A stretch of 64,000 nucleotides of DNA from an uncultured delta proteobacterium. GTDB lineage: Bacteria > Myxococcota_A > UBA9160 > UBA4427. Below the pieces are notes generated by a model. That model saw nothing but the letters and a program-made list of their open reading frames with translations. It had not been told where the DNA came from and ran no database searches. The DNA is taken from the NCBI GenBank assembly GCA_963822965.1, contig CAWGJT010000015.1, forward strand, positions 1 to 64,000. The letters run 5' to 3'. A program made the position numbers and the translations under genes. This document shows, piece by piece, positions 8,986 through 18,034 of the stretch (positions are counted from its first letter, which is position 1; each line of letters opens with the position of its first letter).

Positions 8986-10374
8986 ATGCCGCTGCTGCCG
9001 CTGTCTTCGTCTCTCCCCAGCTCCACCCGCACCCGCACTCGCACTCACGCGGGCGCCCGCGCCGCCGCGCTCCTGACGTCGGCCTGCCTGGTGCTCATGG
9101 GCGCCCTCGCCTCTCCCGCCCCGGCCCTGGCCGGCGGCTTCCATCGCGTCGTGTCGCCACACCCGCCCGCCCATGCTCGCCACTTCGACGTCTGCACGAT
9201 CCTCACCCACATCCAGAGCCGGCTCGAGTGGGCGGCCTCGCGCCCCGGCTACGGGCATGCGAGCCACCGCAAGGCGTACGGGCTCACCCGGCTCGTCGAC
9301 TACTTCAACCGCGCGGTGGACGACCGCTGCGTTTCGATGAACGAGATCCAGGTGATCGGGACGCACAACAGCTACCACATCAAGCCCCGGGAGGCGCTGC
9401 TGCAGGTGTTCTATGGCATCGATCCGGAGGCACTCGCTTGGGAGTACACGAGGGCGCCGCTGCAGGACCAGTTCGAGGAGAACGGCATCCGGCAGATCGA
9501 GCTCGACGTGTTCGCCGACCCGGACGGCGGGCTGTATGCGGATCGGATTGCGCTGAGCCTGATCGGCGAGCCGATCGAGTCCGGCGAGCCTGCCCTCGAC
9601 GAGCCGGGCTTCAAGGTGCTGCACGTGCAGCATGCGGACTTCGAGACGACCTGCCTCACGTTCGTGGCGTGCCTCGAGGACGTGAAGGCTTGGTCGGACG
9701 CGAACCCGGACCACGTGCCGATCCTGATCCTGCTGGAGGCGAAGGACGAGGGCTTCTTCGAGCCGGTGCTGCCGACGCCCGTGTTCATCGGGGCGCCGGA
9801 GTTCCGGGCGCTCGAGGACGAGATCCGGTCGGTGTTTCCCGAGGACCGCATCGTGACGCCCGACGACGTGCGCGGCAGCCATGCCAGCCTGGAAGAGGCG
9901 ATCCAGACGGACGGCTGGCCGCGGCTCGGCGACGTGCGCGGCAAGGTGATGTTCGCGCTCGACAACGAAGGGAAGCACGACCTGTACGTGGACGGCGACC
10001 CCTCGCTCGCGGGGCGGCTCATCTTTCCGAACTCGATGCCCGGCGAGCCGGACGCGGCCTTCGTGAAGGTGAACGACCCGGTGAGCGACCCGACCCTCAT
10101 CCACGACCTGGTGCAGGCGGGCTACGTGGTGCGCACGCGCGCGGACGCCGACCTGGAAGAGGCCCGCGCGGGCGACACGAGCCGGCGCGACACGGCGCTG
10201 GCGAGCGGCGCGCAGTGGGTGTCGACGGACTTCCCCGATCCCTCGACGATCGTGACCCTCGACCCGAGCCAGCCCTTCGACCCGAGCTACGAGGTGGAGC
10301 TGCCCGACGGCCTGCCGGCACGGTGCAACCCGGTGACGAGCCCGGAGTTCTGCCGGTCGGGCGGGCTCGAATGA
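8986..10374 (+). CDS. Secreted Ca2+-dependent phosphoinositide-specific phospholipase C family protein
   Basis: Signal peptide; NEIQVIGTHNSYH, RQIELDVFAD, VLHVQHADFETTC, VRTRAD, SGAQWVSTDFP. Confidence 0.85.
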   Translation: MPLLPLSSSLPSSTRTRTRTHAGARAAALLTSACLVLMGALASPAPALAGGFHRVVSPHPPAHARHFDVCTILTHIQSRLEWAASRPGYGHASHRKAYGLTRLVDYFNRAVDDRCVSMNEIQVIGTHNSYHIKPREALLQVFYGIDPEALAWEYTRAPLQDQFEENGIRQIELDVFADPDGGLYADRIALSLIGEPIESGEPALDEPGFKVLHVQHADFETTCLTFVACLEDVKAWSDANPDHVPILILLEAKDEGFFEPVLPTPVFIGAPEFRALEDEIRSVFPEDRIVTPDDVRGSHASLEEAIQTDGWPRLGDVRGKVMFALDNEGKHDLYVDGDPSLAGRLIFPNSMPGEPDAAFVKVNDPVSDPTLIHDLVQAGYVVRTRADADLEEARAGDTSRRDTALASGAQWVSTDFPDPSTIVTLDPSQPFDPSYEVELPDGLPARCNPVTSPEFCRSGGLE

Positions 10375-10447
10375 GCCGGTCTGGCAGGTTCGAACAGGAC
10401 GCTCCGGCAGCCTCGAATGGCGCGCCGGCGGCCCGGTCCGCGCCGGA

Positions 10448-11680
10448 TCAGTAGTTCGCGATCGCCTGGACGATGGAAGGGGCGATCGGCAGCCCCGACC
10501 ACTGGTTGCGATCGGTCTGCTGCATCACGACGACGACCGTGCCCGTGGCGGGGCTCACCCAGAAGTGGGTGCCGAAGAGACCGCTCCACCAGTAGTCGCC
10601 GTTTCGGCCCGGCATCTCGAGCTTGCTCTCGTCCGCCACGACCGAGAAGCCGAGCCCCCAGCCGAGCCCCTCGAGCCCCATGTCGGCGAGCACGCCCGAG
10701 GGCACGTGGAGCCGCGTCATCTCGTCCACCGTCTCGGGCGCGAGGATGCGGGTGTCGCCGAGGGATCCGCGGTTCCACAGCATGAGCGCGAAGCGCAGGT
10801 AGTCGGGCGCGGTCGAGACGAGGCCGCCGCCGCCGGGCGTCCAGCCGACGCCGTAGTAGTCGTCGAAGCGCGGCTGGCGCACGAGGGTGCCGTTCTCGTC
10901 GTGGGTGTACATGCGCGCGAACGGCGCGTCCTCGGGGACGTCGCTGGGATAGGCGGTGGCGTGCATGCCGAGCGGGTCGAAGATGCGCCGCTTCAGGAAC
11001 TCGTCGTAGGGCTCGCCGGCCGCGATCTCGACCACGCGCGCGAGCACGTCGGCCGACCAGCCGTAGCGCCAGCGCGTCCCTGGCTGCTCGTACAGCGGCA
11101 GCCCGGCGAGGCGCTCGATGCGCTGGGCCAGCGAGCCGAGGCCGCCGGGCTCGATGGCGCGCGCCTGCCACGCGCGGTCGAGGGGGTCGTCGCCGTCGCC
11201 GTATCCGCCGATGCCGGAGGTGAAGGTCAGCAGGTGGCGCACGCGGATGGGCTCCGCGAGGGGCTCGGTCTCGAAGCTGCCGTCCGGGTGGCGCTCGCTC
11301 GCGACCCGCAGCTCGCCGAAGAACGGCAGGTACTGCTCCACCGGGTCGTCGAGCGAGAGCCGGCCTTCCTCCACCAGGATCATGGCGGCGACCGCGGTGA
11401 CGGGCTTCGTCATGGACGCGAGCTGGAAGCGCGTATCGAGGGTCATGGGCACGCCCGCCTCGAGATCGGCGTAGCCCGTGGTGTACGCGTAGACGACGCG
11501 GCCTTGCCGGGCGACGAGCGCCACGAAGCCCGCGCGCGAGCCGCTCCACACCCGGTAGTCGAGCACGCGGTCCATCGCCACGCGTTGCAGCCACGGAAGC
11601 TCTTCGCTCGCGGTGGCGGGCTCGCCGATGGCAGGCCGCTCGGGGTGCGAGCCGCCGCAGCCCAGGGCGAGCATCGCCAC
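10448..11680 (-). CDS. Serine hydrolase, beta-lactamase class C-like, probable lipoprotein
   Basis: LASMTK (SxxK), RHLLTFTSG, WRYGWS, GGGGLVST, YWWSGLFGT; LGC lipobox. Confidence 0.9.
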   Translation of the reverse strand: MAMLALGCGGSHPERPAIGEPATASEELPWLQRVAMDRVLDYRVWSGSRAGFVALVARQGRVVYAYTTGYADLEAGVPMTLDTRFQLASMTKPVTAVAAMILVEEGRLSLDDPVEQYLPFFGELRVASERHPDGSFETEPLAEPIRVRHLLTFTSGIGGYGDGDDPLDRAWQARAIEPGGLGSLAQRIERLAGLPLYEQPGTRWRYGWSADVLARVVEIAAGEPYDEFLKRRIFDPLGMHATAYPSDVPEDAPFARMYTHDENGTLVRQPRFDDYYGVGWTPGGGGLVSTAPDYLRFALMLWNRGSLGDTRILAPETVDEMTRLHVPSGVLADMGLEGLGWGLGFSVVADESKLEMPGRNGDYWWSGLFGTHFWVSPATGTVVVVMQQTDRNQWSGLPIAPSIVQAIANY

Positions 11681-11866
11681 GGCCAGCCTGCAGAGGAAGC
11701 CTCGAAGCTCGGCACGTCACGCGCGGAACTCTATCGCTCCATCGAGGTCCTGGGGTGACTCCGGCAGACTCCGGCAGTCGCCGCCCCGAAACACCACGGC
11801 CCGCGCCGGGATCGCCTCCCGACGCGGGCCGTCTCGCACTGCCTCGCGCGCGCGACTGCGCGCGGC

Positions 11867-12541
11867 CTACTCGGTCTTCGGCATCACGCCTTCCACCGCC
11901 TCGTTCGCCTTCTTCGCGGCGTCGTCGGTGGTCTTGGCGGCCGCGCCGGTGGCCTGGTCAGTGGCCTGGCCGGCCTTCTTCGTGGCGTCGTCGGTCATGG
12001 CGCCGGCCTTGGCCTTCGCGCCCGCGGCCTGGCCCTTCATCTTCTCCTGCTGCTTGGCGGCCTTCTCCTGCTGCTTCCGCGCCTTCTCGTCGGCTCGCTT
12101 CTGCTCGCGCTCGGTCTTCTCCTGCTGCTTGCGGGCCTTCTCGGCGGCCTTCTTCTGCTCGCGCTCGGCCTTCTTCTGCTCGCGCTCGGCCTTCTCGGCG
12201 GCCTTCTTCTTCTCGCGCTCGGCCTTCTTGGTGGCCTTGTCCTTCGCCTCCTGCGCCTCTTCGGCGGCCTCGTCCTCGGCCGATTCCTTCATCTGCTCGC
12301 CCTTGGCGCGGGCCTCGGCGGCCTTCTGCTGGCCCTGGTCGGCAGCACCGGCGGCCTGGGCCGCCCCCTTGCCCTGGGCGACGACGATCCAGCCGCTGCC
12401 GGCCTGGGCGGTGCCCGCCGCCAGCAGGCACGCCGCCGCGAGCACCATCGTGGCTCGCAGGGTGCCCGTCGCCCGATGGCAGGACGCCACCAGAGACGTT
12501 CGCTCCGTCTTCTTCTCGTTTTCGTTCCGCTCGATCCGCAT
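11867..12541 (-). CDS. Secreted low-complexity K/A/E/Q-rich coiled-coil protein
   Basis: GAGGAGG RBS; AQA signal motif; repeats such as EREQKKAAEKA; host-like codon usage. Confidence 0.75.
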   Translation of the reverse strand: MRIERNENEKKTERTSLVASCHRATGTLRATMVLAAACLLAAGTAQAGSGWIVVAQGKGAAQAAGAADQGQQKAAEARAKGEQMKESAEDEAAEEAQEAKDKATKKAEREKKKAAEKAEREQKKAEREQKKAAEKARKQQEKTEREQKRADEKARKQQEKAAKQQEKMKGQAAGAKAKAGAMTDDATKKAGQATDQATGAAAKTTDDAAKKANEAVEGVMPKTE

Positions 12542-12770
12542 GGAACCTCCTCAGCGCCCGGCACGGGGTGCCGGGCGGAATGCGACGTTGGACACCGCAG
12601 CCTAGCCGGCCTCCCCGGAGCGTCACGGAAATCAAGCCGAGCACCGGGGAGAAGCCCCGAGGGCGACGGGCGTGGCGACAAGCCCCCGGGAGCCAAGCCG
12701 GCCCCTCTACGCCGCTCCGTCCGCCCCCCGCTACGCCGCTCCGTCCACCCTCTATTGCCCGGTTACCCGG

Positions 12771-12896
12771 TCAGCGGATGCGGATCGCCACGCCCTGCAC
12801 CGTCGTGCACGTGAACGACAGCACGTTGTAGATCGGGATGAACCCGTACAGGCTCGTCGTGACCGAGGCGTTCAGGATGGCGTCTCCGCCGTTGCC
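12771..12896 (-). pseudogene. 3' fragment of a paralog of the 8131-8790 TRL-like lipoprotein
   Basis: GGDAILNASVTTSLYGFIPIYNVLSFTCTTVQGVAIRIR* versus GGDAIVNASVTSSLYGFIPYYNLLAFTCTTVQGVAIKI; in-frame TAG about 14 codons upstream. Confidence 0.8.
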
Positions 12897-13009
12897 TTCC
12901 CCGGCGTTCGAACGGGTTTGCCTCCATCCGGCGACCTATACTCACGCCCCATTCACCCCCACCCACACCGCAACGACCTCGCCGGCCGGGCTTCGGCCCA
13001 GGAGAACCC

Positions 13010-13720
13010 ATGAAGCGCTTCCTCGCCCTGACGGCGCTGGCCGCCCTGTCCGTCGCGTGCGGCGACGGCGGCTCGAAGGAAGCGCCCGGCATGCTGCCGG
13101 GCCCGAGCGACGCGGGCTCCGCCCGGGAAGCCGCGCCGCCGGCGCAGAAGCCCGTCGAGCGGGCCACGCCTCCCCAGACCGAGGCCAAGGCGCCGCTGCT
13201 GCGCGTCGATCCGAACACTCCCAGCCAGCAGGCCCAGGAGGCCGCCCGCCAGGCCCTCGAGGCGACGGGCCGGGCCGTGAAGCAATCCATGGACGAAGCC
13301 ACCCGCAGCATCGACGAGGCGGCGAAGAGCGCGTCGCGCGCCGCGGACGAAGCCGTGAAGAAGACGACGGAAGCAGTGGACGAGGCGGCGGCCGCCGCGA
13401 AGGCTTCGTCGGCCGCCGCCGCGGACTCCGCCGAGCAGGCGGGCCGGGAGATGAAGCAGTCCAGCCAGCAGGCGCTCGACCAGGCCGCCGCCAGAACGCG
13501 CGCGACGACCGACGCCATCAAGCGTCAGGCCGCGGACGCCGTGAAGCGGGCCGCGGCGGGCGTCGAGGCCACCAGCAAGGCCGCGCAGCGCGAGATCGAC
13601 GCCGCCACCCGGCCCCTGCCCGCCCCCACGACGGCGCCGATCCCGATGACGGCCACGACCGAGACGGCGCCCGACGCGACGACGCCCGACACGACCGCGC
13701 CCGAGACCCAGACCCCCTAG
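13010..13720 (+). CDS. Ala-rich low-complexity lipoprotein (apolipoprotein/LEA-like helical repeats)
   Basis: AGGAG RBS; MKRFLALTALAALSVACG lipobox; amphipathic A/D/E/K repeats; Thr/Pro tail. Confidence 0.8.
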   Translation: MKRFLALTALAALSVACGDGGSKEAPGMLPGPSDAGSAREAAPPAQKPVERATPPQTEAKAPLLRVDPNTPSQQAQEAARQALEATGRAVKQSMDEATRSIDEAAKSASRAADEAVKKTTEAVDEAAAAAKASSAAAADSAEQAGREMKQSSQQALDQAAARTRATTDAIKRQAADAVKRAAAGVEATSKAAQREIDAATRPLPAPTTAPIPMTATTETAPDATTPDTTAPETQTP

Positions 13721-13949
13721 ACCCAGACACCCTGGACCCAGGCACCCGAGACGACGACCCCCTCGACCTGCGCAGCCGCGCTCGCCAGGTGAGCGACACA
13801 ACCACTTCCGCGCACCCGGCTGCCCGGCCACCCCCCGCGCCGCTTCCCGGCGCCCCATGTGGCCGAGCCCTCGCGCTCCGCCTCCGGGTGGCATTTGTAG
13901 ACTCTTCCGCCGCCAGCGGGCCTCGGCTCACACGGCGCACCGCGAGGTG

Positions 13950-13966
13950 CCGGCACGGTACTTGCT
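13950..13966 (+). promoter_or_regulatory. Sigma54 -24/-12 promoter of the bacterioferritin-like gene
   Basis: CCGGCACGGTACTTGCT: GG at 13952, GC at 13964, matching GGCAC-N5-TTGC spacing; about 55 bp before the ATG. Confidence 0.7.
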
Positions 13967-14019
13967 CTACCCGGGCACAGCAGTGCAACCACACGGCCTC
14001 GCCGGGGAGCAACACCGCC

Positions 14020-14475
14020 ATGACGAACGAAATCGCGAAGGAAATGAAGAAGGACAAGAAGGAAGAGGTCCTGCGGGCCCTCAACGACATCGTCGAGCTC
14101 GAGCTCGCGGGCGCCGTCCGCTACACGCAGTACTCGCTGATGATCTTCGGGCACGCGCGCATCCCGATCATCGGCTGGATGCAGGAGCAGGCGAGCGAGT
14201 CGTTGCAGCACGCCACCCGCGCCGGCGAAGAGGTGACCACCCTGGGCGGGAAGCCGTCCCTCGGCATCGGCAAGCTCGTCGGAACCCACCATGACAAGAT
14301 CGACGCCATCCTCGAAGAGCTGATCGAGCACGAGAGCATGGGCATCGACCGCTATCGGAAGCTGCTCGGGCAGGTGGAAGGCGAGAGCGTCGGGCTCGAG
14401 GAGTACGCGCGGGCCATGATCCGCGCCGAGGAGCTGCATCTCGCCGAGATCGAGAAGATGCTCCGCCACCGGTAG
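14020..14475 (+). CDS. Bacterioferritin-like / ferritin-like diiron protein
   Basis: LNDIVELELAGAVRYTQYS, ESLQHA, EHE, EELHL ferroxidase-type E/ExxH motifs; GGGGAG RBS. Confidence 0.85.
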   Translation: MTNEIAKEMKKDKKEEVLRALNDIVELELAGAVRYTQYSLMIFGHARIPIIGWMQEQASESLQHATRAGEEVTTLGGKPSLGIGKLVGTHHDKIDAILEELIEHESMGIDRYRKLLGQVEGESVGLEEYARAMIRAEELHLAEIEKMLRHR

Positions 14476-14502
14476 CCGACGAATCCGTCGGGCTGTCCGA
14501 GC

Positions 14503-15477
14503 TCAGAACAGCCGGCGCAGCAGCTGCGCGAGCTCCTGCCGCTTCTCGGGGGGCGTTCGGGCCAGGATGCCGTGCTGTTGCAGGGCGCCGATCAGCTTCT
14601 GGGGCTGGCTGCCCGCCTCGCCGACGATCTCCACGTGCCCGGCCTCGATCTGCTCGCTCTCCACGCGGCGATCGTCCAGAACGCGTGGGTTTTCCTGCTC
14701 TTCCAGGGTGAAGACGAAGTCGCTCTCGTCGCACTCACCGTCGGGACCGTAGCGGCGGCAGGTGCCGCGCTCGTCGGTCATCACCACGAGATGGTCGGAG
14801 ACGGCGGGCCACAAGGGCGCCGGGTGACGGACCATGTCCGACCCGGAATGGATCTCGTTCCAGTTCGAGCCGGTGACGATCTGGCAGATGGCCGCCGTGA
14901 TGCCGAGGGTGGCGACGTGCATCGCGAGGGACCCGCAGTCGGACGCCATCCGGATGCCCGCGAACGGGGACGAGACGGTCACGAGCCGATAGCCCCGCTC
15001 GGGATCGCCGCCGCCGACCGCGTCGACCCCGGCGGTCTGTCCGCTCGCGGCCTGCCCGCTCAAGGCGGCGCGTGCCACCAGTCCGCCCTGGCTGTGACCG
15101 ATCACCGTCACCCGATCGTCGTGCATGTAGCGGTGGATTCCGCGCAGGGCGGTCTGCAGCTGGTCGCCGCTCTCGCGCAGGCTGTCGCGGTAGTCGTAGT
15201 TGAAGCAGACGGTCTGCTGGCCGTGCAGCTCGAACACCTGGGCCAGGGAGCGGAAGCGTCCGCCCGACGAGTTACAGCCGTGCACCAGCACGACGAGCGG
15301 CTGGTCCGGGTCGATGCTGCGAGCGGCGGGCTGCTCGGGCGAGCAAGCGGCCAGGCCCGTCACCTGCTCGGTCTCGCCGGCCCCGAAGTCCAGCGGCGTC
15401 GTGGTCACCGATGGACCGCAGCCCACGCCCGCCACCAGCGCGAGCGCCAGGGACAGCGCCAGGGTCTGGCCCCTCAC
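14503..15477 (-). CDS. Alpha/beta hydrolase (lipase/esterase-like) lipoprotein
   Basis: VGC lipobox; VLVHG; VIGHSQGG nucleophile elbow; SSPFAG; AGHVE. Confidence 0.85.
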   Translation of the reverse strand: MRGQTLALSLALALVAGVGCGPSVTTTPLDFGAGETEQVTGLAACSPEQPAARSIDPDQPLVVLVHGCNSSGGRFRSLAQVFELHGQQTVCFNYDYRDSLRESGDQLQTALRGIHRYMHDDRVTVIGHSQGGLVARAALSGQAASGQTAGVDAVGGGDPERGYRLVTVSSPFAGIRMASDCGSLAMHVATLGITAAICQIVTGSNWNEIHSGSDMVRHPAPLWPAVSDHLVVMTDERGTCRRYGPDGECDESDFVFTLEEQENPRVLDDRRVESEQIEAGHVEIVGEAGSQPQKLIGALQQHGILARTPPEKRQELAQLLRRLF

Positions 15478-15496
15478 GCGCCGCGGCGTCGGGCGG

Positions 15497-15670
15497 CTAG
15501 TGGCGGCGGCCTCCGCCCAGCAGGCCGAGTCGCATTGCCCATGCGCGATGCCCGCCCAGGCCAGGGCGGCGCGGGGGCCATCGCCTGGGCGGCGCCACCC
15601 ATGAAGAAGGCAGCGATGATGCTGAACATCGAGATGCCGCCGGCCGTGCTGGCGACGAGCACCCAGAACG
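15497..15670 (-). pseudogene. Diverged, internally deleted relic copy of the zinc metallopeptidase gene at 16757-17467
   Basis: WVLVASTAGGISMFSIIAAFFMGGAA and WAMRLGLLGGGRRH* match WVPVASTGSGISMFIIIAAFFMGGAA and WAMRLGLLGGGRRD*; about 190 bp between them is missing. Confidence 0.85.
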
Positions 15671-15741
15671 ACACGAGCGAGATGCCGGCCGAGGCTCCGT
15701 AGCGGTCGTGTTCCGCGGCTCTGCCGGGGCTGCGCAGGCGT

Positions 15742-16329
15742 TCATCTCCTCGTCGAGGAGACGATGGAAGCCGCGCGGCGGACACACTCCCTGAAGGCCG
15801 ACAGGTCGCTCAGGGACTTCTCCGGCGAGCGCCCTCGATCGTCACGCACCACCAGTTCGCCGCTGAGCTCGACGGCGCAAGCCATCATCAGGTTGTCGAG
15901 CAGACCGAAGTCCTCGATGGACATTCCGTCAACATCCACCAGCCCGGTGGAACCAGCAAGACCGGCGCGGCGGACACGCTCGAGGTAGCTACTCCCGACG
16001 TGCGTGTAACCGAAGACCGGCTTACCCCGCGCCGCCATGAAGCCCATCTCGAAGGCGGTTCCAACGTCCATGCTGGGCCCGCGGAACGGCGTCATGTTCG
16101 CAATGATCAGGTCGGCGCGCGTGAGAAGATCGATGTTGGCGAGGTAGATCGCACGTGCGAGCTGCACGCCCTGGTCGCTCGCCTTGATCTCGCCGTCGAG
16201 CGGGAAGAGCCCGACCAATCCGAACTCCTGGCAAATCTCCTGCTTCTGGCGGCCGATGACTGCTGGCTGGGGAAGGAAGACCTCCGGTCCGGCGAGGTAG
16301 ACGCGAGGTTCATTTGTCATGGCATTCAT
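15742..16329 (-). CDS. Nucleoside 2-deoxyribosyltransferase family protein
   Basis: VYLAGPEVF, IYLANIDLL..AD.IIAN.TPFRGPSMDVGTAFEMGF..ARGKPVFGY, IEDFGLLDNLMM. Confidence 0.9.
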   Translation of the reverse strand: MNAMTNEPRVYLAGPEVFLPQPAVIGRQKQEICQEFGLVGLFPLDGEIKASDQGVQLARAIYLANIDLLTRADLIIANMTPFRGPSMDVGTAFEMGFMAARGKPVFGYTHVGSSYLERVRRAGLAGSTGLVDVDGMSIEDFGLLDNLMMACAVELSGELVVRDDRGRSPEKSLSDLSAFRECVRRAASIVSSTRR

Positions 16330-16600
16330 GCGCCGGGGCACGTCGGCTCGGGCATGCAAAGAGCAAAGGCGAGTGCCGACAGCAAGATCAGGACGTGGGG
16401 CACTGCACACCGCGCCTGCAAGCAGCCCGTACGACCCATCCAGCCCTCAAGATAGTTCGCCCAGCCATAGCTGATCAAGGGCGAGTACATGTGCCTCCGA
16501 AGCTCGATCTCGCGGATCCTCTGGATGAATGCCCACTGGTTCGCCCGCCAATAGCCCTCTGCCAACCAGAACGCCAACTCCCCCGGGCCATTCGAGAACC
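16326..16600 (-). pseudogene. 5'-truncated membrane protein translationally coupled to the NDT gene
   Basis: LAFWLAEGYWRANQWAFIQRIREIE..SPLISYGW..PHVLILLSALAFALC; stop overlaps the NDT start (ATGA at 16329-16326); lower GC. The 5' boundary is approximate. Confidence 0.55.
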
Positions 16601-16756
16601 GTAGCTCCGCGCGATGCGGTTTGAAACCTTCCCGGGGTGCGAGAGTCGGACCGCACGACTGGACGCGCGCAACATCCAACCTCTGGGCGAGGTGCTGCCG
16701 GGCCACCCGAGCAGCGACACACCGACGCGCATACCGGCCCGGGTGACGCCGTATGG

Positions 16757-17467
16757 CTAGTCCCGGCGGCCTCCGCCCAGCAGGCCGAGCCGCATCGCCC
16801 AGTAGAGGAGCGTCATCAGCGACGTCGCGAAGGCGGCGACGTAGGTGAGGGCTGCCGCGCCCAGCACCTGCTTGGCGCCCGCGTACTCCTCGTCGGTGAC
16901 GTAGCGGCCCTTCAGGCAGGCCAGGGCGCGGCGGCTGGCGTCGAACTCCACCGGCAGGGTCACCAGGGTGAAGACCGTGGTGGTGGCGAAGAGCGCGATG
17001 CCCACCCAGGCCAGGGTGGCACCCATGGCGGTGGCGGCGCCGCCCATGAAGAAGGCGGCGATGATGATGAACATGGAGATGCCGCTGCCGGTGCTGGCGA
17101 CGGGCACCCAGGCCGAGCGGAACTTGAGCGGCGCGTAGCCCTGGGCGTCCTGGATGGCGTGGCCGCACTCGTGGGCGGCGATGCCGAAGGCCGCCATGCT
17201 GCGACCCGCGTAGATGGGCTCGGAGAGGCGCAGCACCTTGGCCTTCGGGTCGTAGTGGTCGGTGAGGCTGCCGGCCACGGGCTCCACCTTCACGTCGAAG
17301 ATGCCGTTCTCGCGCAGGATGGCCTGGGCGATCTGGGCGCCGGTCATCTGCGAGCGGGTGCCGAGCTGGCTGTACTTGTGGAAGCGGCCCTTCACGAGCG
17401 CCTGGGCGCCCAGGCTGAGAGCCATGCCGAGACCGATGACGAGCCAGTAGAGGGGATCGAAGAACAT
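16757..17467 (-). CDS. Membrane zinc metallopeptidase (Zn_peptidase_2 / YugP-like)
   Basis: LTDHYDP, AAHECGHAIQ (HExxH), VTLPVEFDASRRA, VL.AAALTYVA. Confidence 0.93.
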   Translation of the reverse strand: MFFDPLYWLVIGLGMALSLGAQALVKGRFHKYSQLGTRSQMTGAQIAQAILRENGIFDVKVEPVAGSLTDHYDPKAKVLRLSEPIYAGRSMAAFGIAAHECGHAIQDAQGYAPLKFRSAWVPVASTGSGISMFIIIAAFFMGGAATAMGATLAWVGIALFATTTVFTLVTLPVEFDASRRALACLKGRYVTDEEYAGAKQVLGAAALTYVAAFATSLMTLLYWAMRLGLLGGGRRD

Positions 17468-17645
17468 GGGTGGCCTTGTATGGACGCGCCGGGGGGACCG
17501 TCGAGCGACCGACATACCATAGCCGGGGGGCGCGCGCGGCCGGCCCGCCGCGAGCTTCCGTGTGCCCTCTGGCGGCCAGCGGTCCACCTGGCCCCATGGC
17601 GCGCAGCCCGTCGCGCAGCCCTATCGCGCAGCCCCGTCCCGCAGC

Positions 17646-17708
17646 CCCGTCCCGCAGGCCCTATAGCCCGTCCCGCAGGCCCTATAGCCCGTCCCGCAGG
17701 CCCTATAG
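17646..17708. repeat. 21-bp tandem repeat x3 (CCCGTCCCGCAGGCCCTATAG)
   Basis: Three exact copies, preceded by degenerate partial units from about 17600. Confidence 0.9.
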
Positions 17709-18034
17709 ATAGAAGACGATTCCCGCGGGCTCTCGCGGGCCGATTCGACAGCATGCTCGCAGCTTGCTGGGCCGTGCCCCCAGCGCCCAGGCCGCCCCCT
17801 TCGGGCCCGCTCCCTGCCGGGCCTTCCTCCTGGGCTTCCGGCCGTCCTTCCGCCGCTTGCGGCGCGAGCTGCATGGGGGCATCCGATTTTTGGGAAGAAA
17901 TTACCAGATTGTATGGATGTCGGAAGGTTCCAGTCCTGTTAACATGCCGACAGCGCTTCTCTTTTCGCCCGCTCGCTTCGTTGCGAGCCAGAAGCATAAA
18001 TCACCGAGTTTGGAACACAGATCTGGAGTCGAAC

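Noticed and set aside
17600..17708. Tandem arrays here and at 33985 and 56856 as possible CRISPR arrays
   Set aside because: Units are head-to-tail with no unique spacers, and no cas genes are present.
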